This document shows, in pieces, positions 26,946 to 38,424 of a DNA stretch of 64,000 bases. Position 1 is the first letter of the stretch. Each line of letters begins with the position of its first letter. Position numbers and translations under genes: made by a program. Origin of the DNA: Camelus ferus (taxonomy: Eukaryota); the NCBI RefSeq assembly GCF_009834535.1, contig NC_045711.1:25358001-25422000 (forward strand), written 5' to 3'. Below the pieces are notes generated by a model, which saw nothing but the letters and a program-made list of their open reading frames with translations, made no database searches and was not told where the DNA came from.

Positions 26946-29900
26946 CTTGAAGAGGAAGAAAAAATGGGCTGGGCAGGGAGTAGGGAGCTGAGCATTCTTC
27001 CACTCCCAGGGCCCTGGGGCAAATGGGCCTCCGATAGCAGAATGTAGGTGGACCCAGGGGCTGGGCCAGGGGCCAGGCCCTACTGGATTCCCAGATGGTG
27101 TCACCCTGCCCTGCATGTTCCCTTCCCGGTTCATCGCTCACTTGGCAATGGCCAGAAAGGCCAACTCCACATTCATGCCTGTCTTGGCGCTGGTCTCCAT
27201 GAAGGGAACTCCGTACTCCTGCCAGGGAGAGAGTATCTTCAATGGCCATCCTCCGGCTGCATCCCCCTCTACCCCCAGGCAGTCACTTACCCTGGCCAGC
27301 ATCTCTCCTTCTTCTGAACGGATCACCCTTTCACTGCTCACATCCGCCTGTCAAGCCCAGTTGAGTCACTCTGGGGAAGGAAGCCTTGACCCCGGCTGGC
27401 CCCTCTCCTGCCCCGCTGGCCCAGCTTTCCCCAGGAGCAGGCAGGCCCGCCCTCTGCTGGTGGCCTGTGGGACTGCAGGTTGTACCATCGTTTTGGGCCC
27501 AGGGTTTCTGCTTGCTTTGGGTTCTTACCCAGTTCCCAGCAGAGGGAATATCATCCGGGTTCAGGGAGGTGGGTAACTCTGCTTGGTAAGGGTGTGGTGA
27601 CCAGCCTCAAAGGGGCGACAGTAGTTGAGGCTAACTACTGGACTGGAAAGGTCTAGTCTCTATGACCTAGTAGGGGCTGAGCAGCTGGGCATTCCTGGAT
27701 CTCAAGTGGCAGCTTGACCTTTCCCTCCAGGATGCCATTTCCAAAGCTTTAAGAGGGCAGATGAGATGGGCTGAAGCCTCTAGATGGGTCTGACTCCTGA
27801 ACTGGAGGCTGGGAAGAGTCCTTTGCTGGAAGGATGTCCAGTGGCCGTGGGGCCAGGGGCACTAATGCCATGGCAGTGGGAGAAGGTGCGGGGTGGACTG
27901 ATCCTGCCCTGGAGCCACTCACCTTGTTGCCTAGGAGCATGATCACCACATCCCTCTGGGCGTACTCATGAATCTCAGTGAGCCAGGCCTATGGGAGAGG
28001 GTGTGCTGAGCCCGGCCAAGGCTGAGCATCAGCCTGTCTCCTCCTCCCTCTCCCTTTTCTTCTGCTACCATGCCATGTTGATTGCCCTGGGCTCCTCACT
28101 GCCCTCAAACATGATGCCCTATGCATATCTTTTCATTTGCATCTTTGTTCTGGCCTCTCCAGTCCTGAGTAGTCCTAAAACCCCATGCTGTGCACCTCTC
28201 AGTTCTATGAAAGACAGAGATGGCAGAGGCTGTATCTCATCAATCAGTTGATAGTTACCAGCAGTTTCCTGGTGAGCCCTATTGAGGATTCTAAGGCTAT
28301 GGAAGGGCTCAGTGATCAAAAGTACTGTGATTGATTAGTGATGTCTGCCATGAGCATGGGGTTGGAGGTGGCAGTTGGAGTGCCACCAACCAGTTTATAA
28401 ACTGTCTTGTTCGCCCCATTCGCTTGTCAACCCCTTGAGGTGAGGGAGCATGTGAAACCTTTACAGTGCTGTGCACAGGGTCACTGTTTGTGTTTGTTGA
28501 CTTATTGTCCCCACTATTTAATAGTTTGCTTGTGAGGACAGAGCCACTCTTTATCTGCCTGAGTCACTTTCTTGACACTTGAGCTGGAAGTATGAGTAGA
28601 CTTCTCTGCTTGGGCCCTCCCCTTGGTCTCTGTGGGTAATTGTCCAGGGTGGAGCTGGGGGACTTTGTGAACACTTTATCATGAAATGAACTCAGGAATT
28701 ACAGTCAGGGATAAGCAGGTGGCACAGACACACAGCACCTGCTTGGCCTTCGCGCCCACATGCCAGTCAATAACCTGGGAGAAGTTTATTACTTCTGAGT
28801 CACAGCTGAGGGTGTTTTTAACGCAGCAGCGGTATTCGGTCGGTATTGCCTGCTCCACCCGTTCTCACAAAGCAGGAAGCAATGCTGCCCCGCACAGGCC
28901 TTGCTTTGCCTGCTTCTAAGTGGTGGGCAGGGAGGACCTACCCGGATGTTGTCGAAGGAAGACTTGTTGGTAATGTCATACAGCAGGAGCAAGGCTGCAG
29001 GGGGAGAGAGAGGTCACACAGGTGACTTGGGGCTGAAGGGTGGATGTTGCTCGAAGTGAGCTGGGGGGAGGAGGTGGAGTGCGTGAGGGACTTACCCTGG
29101 GCATCTCGGTAATAAGCATGGGTGACACTGCGGAACCGCTCCTGCCCTGCGGTGTCCCAGATCTAGGAAGGAATGGATAGTTGGTCAGAAGGGGGCTGGG
29201 GGCAGGGACTGTGCTGGGCAGAGGAAATTCATGTTGCGGTACGACAGATGTGTAGGAAGGTGAGATGTTTCCTTCTTTAGGTTCTCACGGGTTTCTGAGC
29301 ATCTGGTGGCGGGCTGGATGGTGGTAGTAAATGAGTTTTCAAGCTCATTCAGTGCCTCTTCCCCAGCCCAATGGATAGGGGTGTCTGACTTCCTGGAGCA
29401 GCTGAGGCCTGGGAAACTGGGGAGGGTTTGGAGCGAGCCTAAGCATGTCTGAAGGCACTTGGAGCTGCCTTTCATAGGAAAAAGGGTGCCTGGGAACTGC
29501 TTTTTCTGCAGACATCAAACAAACAGAAGCCGTTTCCTCTCCTGGGCCCCACAGGAAATTACCCCAGGCTGAGGGCAGAGCCACAGGGCCTCCTGCGGTT
29601 GGGTGAAGAGTTTGGTCAGGCTCTCCATCCTCTCCCCACCCCTACCCCAGCAGCTGGTCTCACCTGCAGCTTTACTTTCACACCATCCACGGTTACCACC
29701 TTGTTCTGAAAGACAGAAGGGCAGGAGGAGAGGTCGGGGTGGAGGGTGAGGCAGGCTTGGCTTCTGTGTTCTGCTGACATCACAAGGAACAGCAAACATC
29801 CTGTCTAGTTGCTCCCCAGGGCTACAGGGGGGTCTGGTGTGCCCCAGAGACATCCGTCTCCATCTAGATCACCCCATCAGGGCAGTGGGACTCTGTCCCC

Positions 29901-32900
29901 AGGTAACCACACTGCAGAGTCCCCTCTTTTGAGGACTCTGCCTGCCCTTCTCACAAGACACCAAGGCAAGGGGAGCCTGAGAGCCTGCCTGGCTCTCCCC
30001 AGAGCTCAGCAAGGGGCACAGGCTGAGCACTGGGGTCTGGCCCCTTCCCTGCTTCCATATGCCTGGCGTGGAGCTCAGCCCCATTGCTGCAACCAAGCTC
30101 TTGGAGATGAGACACCTGCCAGTATCTCAGGACCTCAGAAGCTGGATCTGCAGGGTTATCTTTCCTCTGGCGGCTCACTAGTTCTCCTGGTGAAGCTGCA
30201 GTTCCCCTCCCACCGGGAGGGAGGCACCTGGCCTCAGATAGCACCCCCGCCAGGGTTAGAGGCTTACTCTCCTGGCCCCTATGGGTGTGCAGTCTCCGAG
30301 TGTTCCCCTTTACAGATGCTGATCTGTAAAGATGGCTTCATCAAGGGGAAAGGGAGGGACGCTGACAAGTGGCTCTCTGCCCACAGGGCCAGCCCAGCTC
30401 TTCAACCTAGTGTAGTGTTTCCCCAGAACTCCAGAAAGACTGGTTGACCTCTGAGGCCTTGCCAAAAGTGTCCAGCTCAGAGGGCAGCGGGCAAGGGAGC
30501 TGAGGGCCAGGAAGCTCATCTTGCACTGTAGGGGGTGTTCCCTCTGCTCGGGGGCGGGATTTTAAGATTCATTCTCTCTTTTCTCATCCTGTAGCGGGGC
30601 AAGGAGCCCCCCTCAAGCCCAGACTCCTCTAAGCTGGCTCCGCTGGGGTCCTTAGGGGAGCACCCCAGTGGCCTCTGGGTAGCTGACCACAGCAGTCCTG
30701 AGGAGCCAGGGTGGGTGAGGAGAGGGCAGCACCCCGGGTCTGAGCCGTAGGCCCTGGCTTGCTGCTGGGAGAGGAGCCTGCAGCCACCTCACCCTGAAGT
30801 CTATGCCGACGGTGGCTATGAAGGTCCCGGACAGGAAGGCCCCGTCTTTGAATTGGATCAGGAAACAGGTTTTGCCGACGCCTGAGTCTCCCAGAAGCAT
30901 CACCTAGGAGATGGGGCAGAGGCAGTTAATGGGAGCTGGAGTGAGTTTCTGGGCTTCCAGGGAGAGAGACCTGGGAAAGAGGGATTGAGGGCCAGGGAAG
31001 GATGCTGACTGTGCTGAGGGGCATCTGCTTCTGGAAAGCCTGCTGCTGCCTCCACCTTGCCTCTCCTCTCCACACTCCTTGGCTCTGTGCCCGCTGCCTC
31101 TCAGGCTCTCCCTCAGCCCCTCCTGTCCTCTTCCAATTTCCCGGGAGCCTGAGTTGAGACCTCAGCACCAACAGGTCCCCAGATGTGCTCGATTGCCCCA
31201 GAGAACAACCACATTCGTGTGGTCTGGACTCTGGCCACATCTGCCCCCTGCCACGTCATGCCAGGATTCCCTTGCTCTCAGTGTGTCTTCCACGCATGTG
31301 TGTGCACATGGGTGGGGCTACAGTGCCTGGAAAGGGAAGTATTAATACCTTGGACAGGGATTCCTGCCCCAGGGAGTGTATCAGCATCTCATGGGGGTGG
31401 GGCTCTGTCACTTGCAAAGGCATATTCTAAAATTACTGTTCCTCGGGTGTTTTACATCACATTTATTTGGAAGTTTCTAATGACATTTTATGTTGACAAA
31501 AGGGTTGCACAAATTAGGGAAGGCTGAAATTTATACTGAAGTGTAGAGACATTTAGTCTGAAGTTCTTTCTGCAGAAACCTCCCAAGAGGGACAAATGGC
31601 TGCAAATTTGCATCCCTGGGTCACTGTAGGTGGGAGAACAGGAGGGAATGTGGAGGGGGTGGGGTGTGTCCATCCCTTTACTGTCCGGCCATCTTCTCTG
31701 GAGGACATGTGGGGGTGGGCTGGGGGGGGCCCTCTGTCTAGTTACTCCTCAATCTTGGAGAACAGAGGTCTAGCCCTAATGCTGGAATTTTCCTAACTGG
31801 CCGGTTTGGTACTTAATGAGTCTAGCAGGGACTAGGCTTGAGTTATTCTTGAGTCTCTGACCTTGACAGTGGTGCCCAAAGTCTTTTCTGCTGTGGGCAT
31901 GAGGTATAGGGTTAGCTCACTTTGGTGGAGAGCTGGGGGGCTGAGCAAAAGGAGTATGAAGGCTGGGGTTCTGGCTTGTACATGGGTTACTGGGGACTTC
32001 AGGAAGATCCCTTAACCCTTCTGCGGCTGTTCCCACAGTGGCTAAAAGGAAGGGGGGATAATTTCTTTAAGGCCTTTCTAAAGTCTGTTAATAGCTGGGG
32101 TCAAAAATGTTGGCATGAACCACCTAAGACTTCAGAAGAGTGACTTCAGAAGGGACGGGTGCTGCCTGCCTGTGGCCCCATCCCCTCTAGTCTGACCCAA
32201 GGAGCTCCTGCCAGGCTTCTCCCAGACTGTCCTGGACAGGCCTGGGACATGAAGGCTGGTGAAGGCCAGGGGCCAACTCCCCACCGACGCTGCTTGGCCC
32301 CGGGGGACAGACGGAGCGCTGGAGGCTGGGCCCTCTGGAGCCTGCATTGCCCCCTGGCTCCCAGCACCCAATGGAGAAGAGAGGGAAGGAGGGAGGGTGA
32401 GTGCCTGTGTACTTTACAGATCACAGCTGCTTTGCACAAACGATGCCAGCCACCCACCCAGCCCACCCCCACATGTCCTCCAGAGAAGATGGCCATTCCA
32501 CCAAACACAAACAGCTGCCAGCCTGGCCACCTCCTAGGCAAACACCCAGCTGACTTATCAGGCAAGGAGTTCAGGCAGTCCCCACCAGGCTCCCCCTCCT
32601 CTGAACACACCGGGGCCCATTTCCTGTCTGGAGCCCACACAGGACGCCTATCTCAACGGCTCTGGAAGGGTGACTTGCAGAGTGGCTTCCCCTGAAAGAG
32701 TGGGGGTGGAGGGCCCAGGCTGCCAGCGAGAGTGGAGGGAGGAAATCAAGGCACAGAAAGAAGCAGATGTCCTTCAAAGCCGCGGCGGGTTAGCCCCTTC
32801 ACTCATCGCTCCCCAACCCTACAAGGGAGAGTGAAGGCTCTAGTCTACCTCCGCACCTCTTTCAGAGCCCCTGCGACCAGCCTGCTCCAATGGCACAGAG

Positions 32901-33784
32901 GGAGGGCAGACAGACCAGTGTCCACCGCCACCACCAGCCGCTTCCATACAGGGGCACCTGCAGAGGGAATTAGCCCAGAGAGCTGACTTAAGCGCTCCCA
33001 GGTGGGGGACTTGTGCCTAACCACACAGATCTTCCTCAGGTTCTAAATTTCCCAGGTGGGTCCGCATTCGGGCCAGCAACATCCTCCCGGAGGAAGGCGC
33101 GGGCAGTGACTGCAGAGGTGGAAAGGGAAGGGTAGCACCTGGGGGCAGCTGGGTTCTAAAGATCTTCAGGCTTAAGGCCTTGAAACTGATACAAAGTCTC
33201 AACTGAGTTTAGCTGGGAGAAGGGCATTAACCGCAAGTTTCCCGGCCGCCAGGGGGCGTCCTCTGGGAGCCTCCAGGCAGCCCTGTTTCCCAGGACTTCT
33301 GGTGCCTGTGCCTTGCAGAGTTGTGCGCTTAACCCCTACCGAGAAGCACGGGGTTCCCGGGAGCTCGTATTGGCAAGAGTGTGACAGAAGAAAGTGGGGT
33401 TGGGGTCCGCTGGGTGGGGAGTCACTCAGTCCTTCCGACCTGCCTCTCCCCTCTTCCCACGGAACCAGTCCAGATCCCTGGATGTTGGGATGGGCCCAAG
33501 GCTGTGTCTCGACCCTCCCTCCTTACTCTGGGAGACCCGGCTGTCTGCGGGGAAGGGATGAGTCCAGCACAGACGGAACCAGAAAGGGGCTTGGGCGGGG
33601 AGGTCCGGGGTCTCAGGGCAAAGCGTGCGGGGAAGGGTGGCCCCCAGAGCCCGCACGGGAGTCCCCAGCGCTGGGCACAGTGCCCACCCACCTTGCCCGT
33701 GAGATCGTAGCTCGGACTGCAGGGTGGGGAGCGCTCCGGGCCCTCGCCATCCCGGGTGGCTGCGGCGCCAGGCGTGCCCGTCAT
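26840..33784 (-). CDS. RAB37: Ras-related protein Rab-37, short (proximal-promoter) isoform, 223 aa
   Basis: complement(join(33692-33784,30793-30903,29664-29705,29096-29162,28942-28994,27923-27988,27291-27347,27142-27218,26840-26945)). G-box motifs [22 protein letters not shown] and ETSAK. C-terminal prenylation motif CCSFL*. Confidence 0.97.
27142..27218 (-). CDS. RAB37: RAB37 exon 8
   Basis: cag|[27 protein letters not shown]|GTGAG; the upstream intron is only 72 nt. Confidence 0.95.
27291..27347 (-). CDS. RAB37: RAB37 exon 7
   Basis: cag|[19 protein letters not shown]|GTAAG. Confidence 0.95.
27923..27988 (-). CDS. RAB37: RAB37 exon 6
   Basis: tag|[22 protein letters not shown]|GTGAG. 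Confidence 0.95.
28942..28994 (-). CDS. RAB37: RAB37 exon 5
   Basis: cag|[17 protein letters not shown]|GTAGG. Confidence 0.95.
29096..29162 (-). CDS. RAB37: RAB37 exon 4
   Basis: tag|[23 protein letters not shown]|GTAAG. Confidence 0.96.
29664..29705 (-). CDS. RAB37: RAB37 exon 3
   Basis: cag|[14 protein letters not shown]|GTGAG. Confidence 0.95.
30793..30903 (-). CDS. RAB37: RAB37 exon 2a (P-loop/switch I)
   Basis: tag|[37 protein letters not shown]|GTGAG; 111 nt. Confidence 0.96.
33243..33260 (+). promoter_or_regulatory. Candidate CTCF site
   Basis: CGGCCGCCAGGGGGCGTC is a close match to the CTCF core CCASYAGRKGGCRS. Confidence 0.6.
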
Positions 33785-34290
33785 GTCCCTGGACGAGGTG
33801 AGCTGGGACAGGCGGCGGGCGAGGGACAGCGCAGGAACCGCCCCACCTTAGGCTCCACCCACTCCTTCTCCCCTCCGCCGCCGCGGCCGGGACCCCGACA
33901 GGCTCCTCCCTCTGTTCCGCCACTTGAACGCTACCGGGCGAGAGCTGGCTCTCTCGCGGGGGCGCGCAGGGCTGCAAGGTCATCTCCTGAGGGGCAGGCG
34001 GGCCCCCTGAGCCGCACTGGCCTGAGGGCATGGGCCAAATCCAGCCCTAGGACCGGTCCCCCAAGGTCGTCCGCCGCCGGGGTTAGATTCCCACGGGTAG
34101 CGGTCGGTGAAGGTCTGGCATCGCTGGGATCCGCGGACCAGGGCCCGGGTTCCCGTTGCCCCTGCGCAGCGCGGCCAGCAGGCGGCGCCCGAGCTCCATC
34201 CACCTGGCGGTCAACAGGTGGCCCCGGGGGCTGGCCTGGGGGAAGCTGCGGATGCCCTTGGGCAGCGCAGCGCCCAGGCAGTTTCGCTTT
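33680..34290 (-). promoter_or_regulatory. CpG island / proximal promoter of RAB37
   Basis: CpG-dense segment covering and upstream of the MTGTPG exon. Confidence 0.75.
33692..33784 (-). CDS. RAB37: RAB37 first coding exon (short isoform)
   Basis: [31 protein letters not shown]|GTGGGT. Confidence 0.93.
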
Positions 34291-35439
34291 CGCTAATACA
34301 TCCTAGCTCGACATCATCTGAACGTAATGTTTGCCGACCGATTGATATTCACCTTGTAGCACATTTGCACTTCGGGTCCCTGGACTTTGACACCTCCCAT
34401 ATCCCTCTGATCTGTTGGACAGCGCCCAGAATGTTCCACCCTGGAGAACCTTCCTAGGCGAGCTTCCGGGCACACTTCCCAATCCAGGCGTTCCTGAAGG
34501 CAGGGCTGGCCTTATCTATGTGCTGCCCTCCACCCCGGCACACAGTAGGCCTTAAACATTTGGTACCAAATGAATTCAGGAAGTCGTGAATCATTTTGAA
34601 GAGTCTCCAGGACATCCCAGAAACCCTGGTGACAGAGGATGAGAATGTGTCTGGAGTTCAGGGACCCCAGCCTGGGCCAACCATTCAATTAGCCCAGCCC
34701 AGCATCCTATACAGTGCAGTCAGTTTACCAGGGAACAAGGTGCATGAATTACAAAGGGACTGTTTGAGGGGTGTGTAGAGGGGCAAGGGCCCTCACCTAT
34801 TTGCCTGGGTGTTGGAGGTTCCAGGCAAGGGGCAGGCACAACTGATGGGTGACTGTAGGCCTACTGGGGACTGTGTGTTCACCCACCTCCAGCCCTGTGA
34901 CTCAAGAGGGAGCCATATATGGGTGAGGAGCAGCTCCACAGAACCACCTAAAATGCTCCCACATCTCACACTATCCCCAGATGTACACATCACCCCCTGA
35001 ATAAAGTGCCTCTTAAATTAGCCCAGCCCCTCTCATCACCCCAAATCCAGAATGCACATGCACCTCCCCGCCCTCCTGTACCACAGTTCGCCCCGGACTT
35101 CCAGACGCTCTTCCTGGCAGAGGAAGTGAGGATGCCACATGAAACCTCATGGTTGTTCAGAGGAGGGCCCTGGTGTGCAGCCAAGGGCCTCCCTCCATCC
35201 AAATGTGAACAGAGGGAGCTGGGAGAAACCCCCAGAGCTGGGGCAGGAGGGACAGCACACAGCCCGGGGGGATATGGAGGGGAGACCAAGGCAGAGGCCA
35301 GGGGGCTGAGGCACGCGGACCACCTGCTGGACAACCTACATCAGAGTCCCCGGTGTCTGTCTACACACAGATTCTGGACCCCACATGTGGGTGGGTGGGC
35401 TCAGGGTCTGCTGAGAAACTGGAGGTTTTTATATGCACT

Positions 35440-35690
35440 AAATGAGTGTTTGAAAACCACCGGGCTGAACTGTGCAAGAACTTGGCCAGCAGATGATGGA
35501 TTTAGACCTTATTGGAAGGCAGTAGTGAGCCACTGAAGGTGCTAGAGGGTGGGGACCAAGGGTGAGACTTTTGGAAGATGTACTTTACCGCGGTGTCCAG
35601 GCAAGACTGGAGAGTCTGGGGGACACTGATGTAAGAAATAACAAGGAGGACCTGAACTAGGGTGAGAGAGGGACTGGCTGGAGAGACTAC
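35440..35690 (-). mobile_element. L2 LINE fragment
   Basis: ggatttagaccttattggaaggcagtagtgagccactgaagg...aggaggacctgaactagggtg. Confidence 0.55.
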
Positions 35691-38094
35691 TGTGTGAACC
35701 CCGTTGATGTCAGCACCCCAGTAAACCTATCTGCAGGACTCAGCAGCCCATTTGATAGAGTTGATGATGGAGGAGTTGAGGAGGACCTTGATTTGAAAGG
35801 CAGCTACCCAGGACCTGGGCAGTTCTCACCTTCAGAAGCAGTAGGGTATAGAGGCTCTGGGAGGTGGCCTGAGGGCAGACCCCAAGTAGTCCCCCCACTC
35901 ACCTCTGCCTCCTTGCAAGTGAAGATCAAGGACTTCTCCCCTCTCCTGCTGCCCACGCTGCACTCAGACTTACAAGCTGGGTTGGCAGGAGCTACCCCCG
36001 CTCCCTGCCTCTGTTACCATCACCAGCCAGGGCCAGCCACAGGGCACTTGCAAATTGCCAGCTGTTGGCAGTGTTTCAAATCTCTGTGCAAAAGACAGAA
36101 GGACAAGCGAGTGCCTTGTAGCCGGCTCTCTGGGGACTCCCGGGCCACTGATCTTGGAAGGAGACCCCAGTGTCCTCCAGCTCCTGTGTCTGCACAACTC
36201 AGGAGACATGAGCTGCTGCGCAAAGATCTGGCTGCTCTGAGGGTTCTGAGAGGGTTGGGATGAGACCTGTCTTTGGAGAGGAAAAGAATGGAGGGTCCCT
36301 AGTGCTAGATGGAGGGGTGGGAAGGGGGCCTGTGGAGGAGACAGACATTTCCTCTGTGAAAGCTGCAGCCTCTTTGTCTGTAAGTGAGCTGCTGTGTCTA
36401 GGCCCAGGGTCGGCAGGTGTCCTCAGTGCTGCTCTCCCGGGCTGTTGTCCCCGCCCTCCACCACCAGGAGGGGCGCTCCCCAGGGTTGTATCCCAGCTGA
36501 AGGGTTGGGTATGTGCCCTTTTTGCTTTCAGGTCATGCCTTTGCCCCAGGAGACCCCTGGCTCGGGCCTGGGTCGGGCCCTCAGGCCCTCACTCAGCCTA
36601 AGCTGCCCACGGGTTTGTCCTGCGGTGCTGGCTGATGCCACGCAAGCAGCCGAGGCACTAGAAGGCCCAGCTCAGTCGAGAGGGAGAGCCCCGCCTGTCC
36701 TGTTCTTCCTTCTCACGGGCCAGTTGCCTTATTTTCTTACCAGGCTGTGGCAAAATTTGGAAGTCCCACCCCTGTTCATCTGTGGAGTGTGAATCAAGGT
36801 TTCCACACCCCCACCCCCTCCCACCCTCACCCCCTCTCTGCCTCCTGCCCTCTGACAGGCGGAAGGACGGGTGTGGGGTGGGTGAGGAGACGTGACTGGG
36901 ATTGTGGGGGCACCGGGTGCCCTGGCTACTGAAAGGCAGACGACACGGGCCCGCGATGGGGGTTCGCTTTACGGCAGCCTGGTCCAAGGCCTGGGGCTTG
37001 CTGAGGTGGCCACGCCCTCCTGGGACTCAGCCCCGCGCTGCCCAGAACCCTAACCCAGTCCTCCCTGTCCTGGGGGATCCCTCCCTAACTCCAGGCCCTA
37101 GTGCACACCCTGACCCGGCTCTCATTTCTGCTTCACTCTGAAGCCCTGTCCATCGTGGGCCCTTGCCTTCTGCACTGACCTGCCAATGGGCAAGCCCGAT
37201 TTCTAGGGGTCCCCTCTCTTTTCACACCAGCTTGGCTCTGTTGTGTCTCAGCACGAGTGTGGCCTCGCAGGCCTGGTGCTCTGTTCGATCCTGGGGGCTG
37301 GCCTCTCAGACACCCGGGCTGCCCAAGAAATGATGCTCTCCCGCATCTCTGGGCATTAGCATCCAGGAGACCCTGAAGGAGGGCTCTGCTGCTCCTGCTT
37401 CAGTCCAAGAGAAGGCCGGAACCCTTTCCAAAGGCCTCCTGAGGATTCAAGGTCACTGAGCAGCTGGCAGGCGTGGTGAAAATGGAGCGAAATGAGGATA
37501 TACGGTAGAGGAAGGGCTTTGTAGCCCGCAGAGGGGCTCCAGATGGAGAACTTGAGAATGCTTCCTGAATCTGAGCTGCGGTCCAGGGAGATGCAGAGTG
37601 CTAAAAACCTGAACTTTAACCCTTCACCTGCCAGTGCCCTCTGACCCACAGGATGATGCTGAGTTTGGACTGTGCTTAAAATTTTAAGCCACCCCTTTGC
37701 CTCTCCAGGTTCTTCTTGCCCTGCATCTGTATCAAGATATTCCCTTGCTTTCTAGCATCCAGCTGTCCTCAGCCATGGGAAGCCCCAGAAAGAGGTGGAC
37801 AGGGTGATTTGCTACATTCCTCCACCGAGGGTCACAACTCCTGCCAGCCCTCTGCACACAGCCCTCTTTGTCTCTGGTTCTGGTGACAGTTCCCTCCTCT
37901 CACTGTTTTTAAGCTTGGGGAGGGATGAAGGCTGTGAGACTGTCTGAGGGCATCACACCATCCCTCCTGGTTTCCCAGCATTCTGCCTGCACCTTGGTAA
38001 ATGGCCTTTTCATGAAACCTCCTGAATGACCCAATGTGAGTGTCCAGCTATTTTCTGCAGAGACAGCAGGGCCCCAGAGCCTGGGAGTGCTTAC

Positions 38095-38205
38095 TGTGAA
38101 TCCGATGCCCACGGTGGCTGAGAAGGAGCCCGGGATGAACTTGCCCTGGTCGAACTGAACCAGCAGAGATGTCTTTCCCACACCGCTATCACCAACCAGG
38201 ATGGT
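38095..38205 (-). CDS. RAB37: RAB37 alternative exon 2b (P-loop/switch I of the distal-promoter isoform)
   Basis: ttcag|[37 protein letters not shown]|GTAAG. 111 nt, phase 0/0, so it splices in frame to exon 3. It matches my recollection of a human RAB37 isoform whose first exon lies beyond CD300LF. Confidence 0.9.
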
Positions 38206-38375
38206 CTGAAAGGGAGCAACAGAGAGAGCTGAGGGCCCGTAGTGTGGATCGGACTGCCCAGATGTCCTCGTGGACGTGGGAGGGGGTTCCTTCTAAATGC
38301 ACATAAATGTGTGTGCACACACCACACATGAACAACAGACACAGAGACACACTCACATGTGTAAGCATGTGCGTG

Positions 38376-38380
<5 letters not shown>

Positions 38381-38422
<42 letters not shown>
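38381..38422 (+). repeat. (AC)21 microsatellite
   Basis: Direct read. Confidence 0.97.

Positions 38423-38424
<2 letters not shown>

Noticed and set aside
33302-34306. 334-aa plus-strand ORF, the longest in the track
   Set aside because: It is antisense over the RAB37 CpG island, starts at GTG, is rich in R/G/P/A and has no recognisable domain. This is typical stop-codon depletion in GC-rich DNA.
37447-37455. Perfect TCAAGGTCA NR5A/ERR site
   Set aside because: A single 9-mer is expected about 0.5 times by chance in this window, and there is no supporting context.
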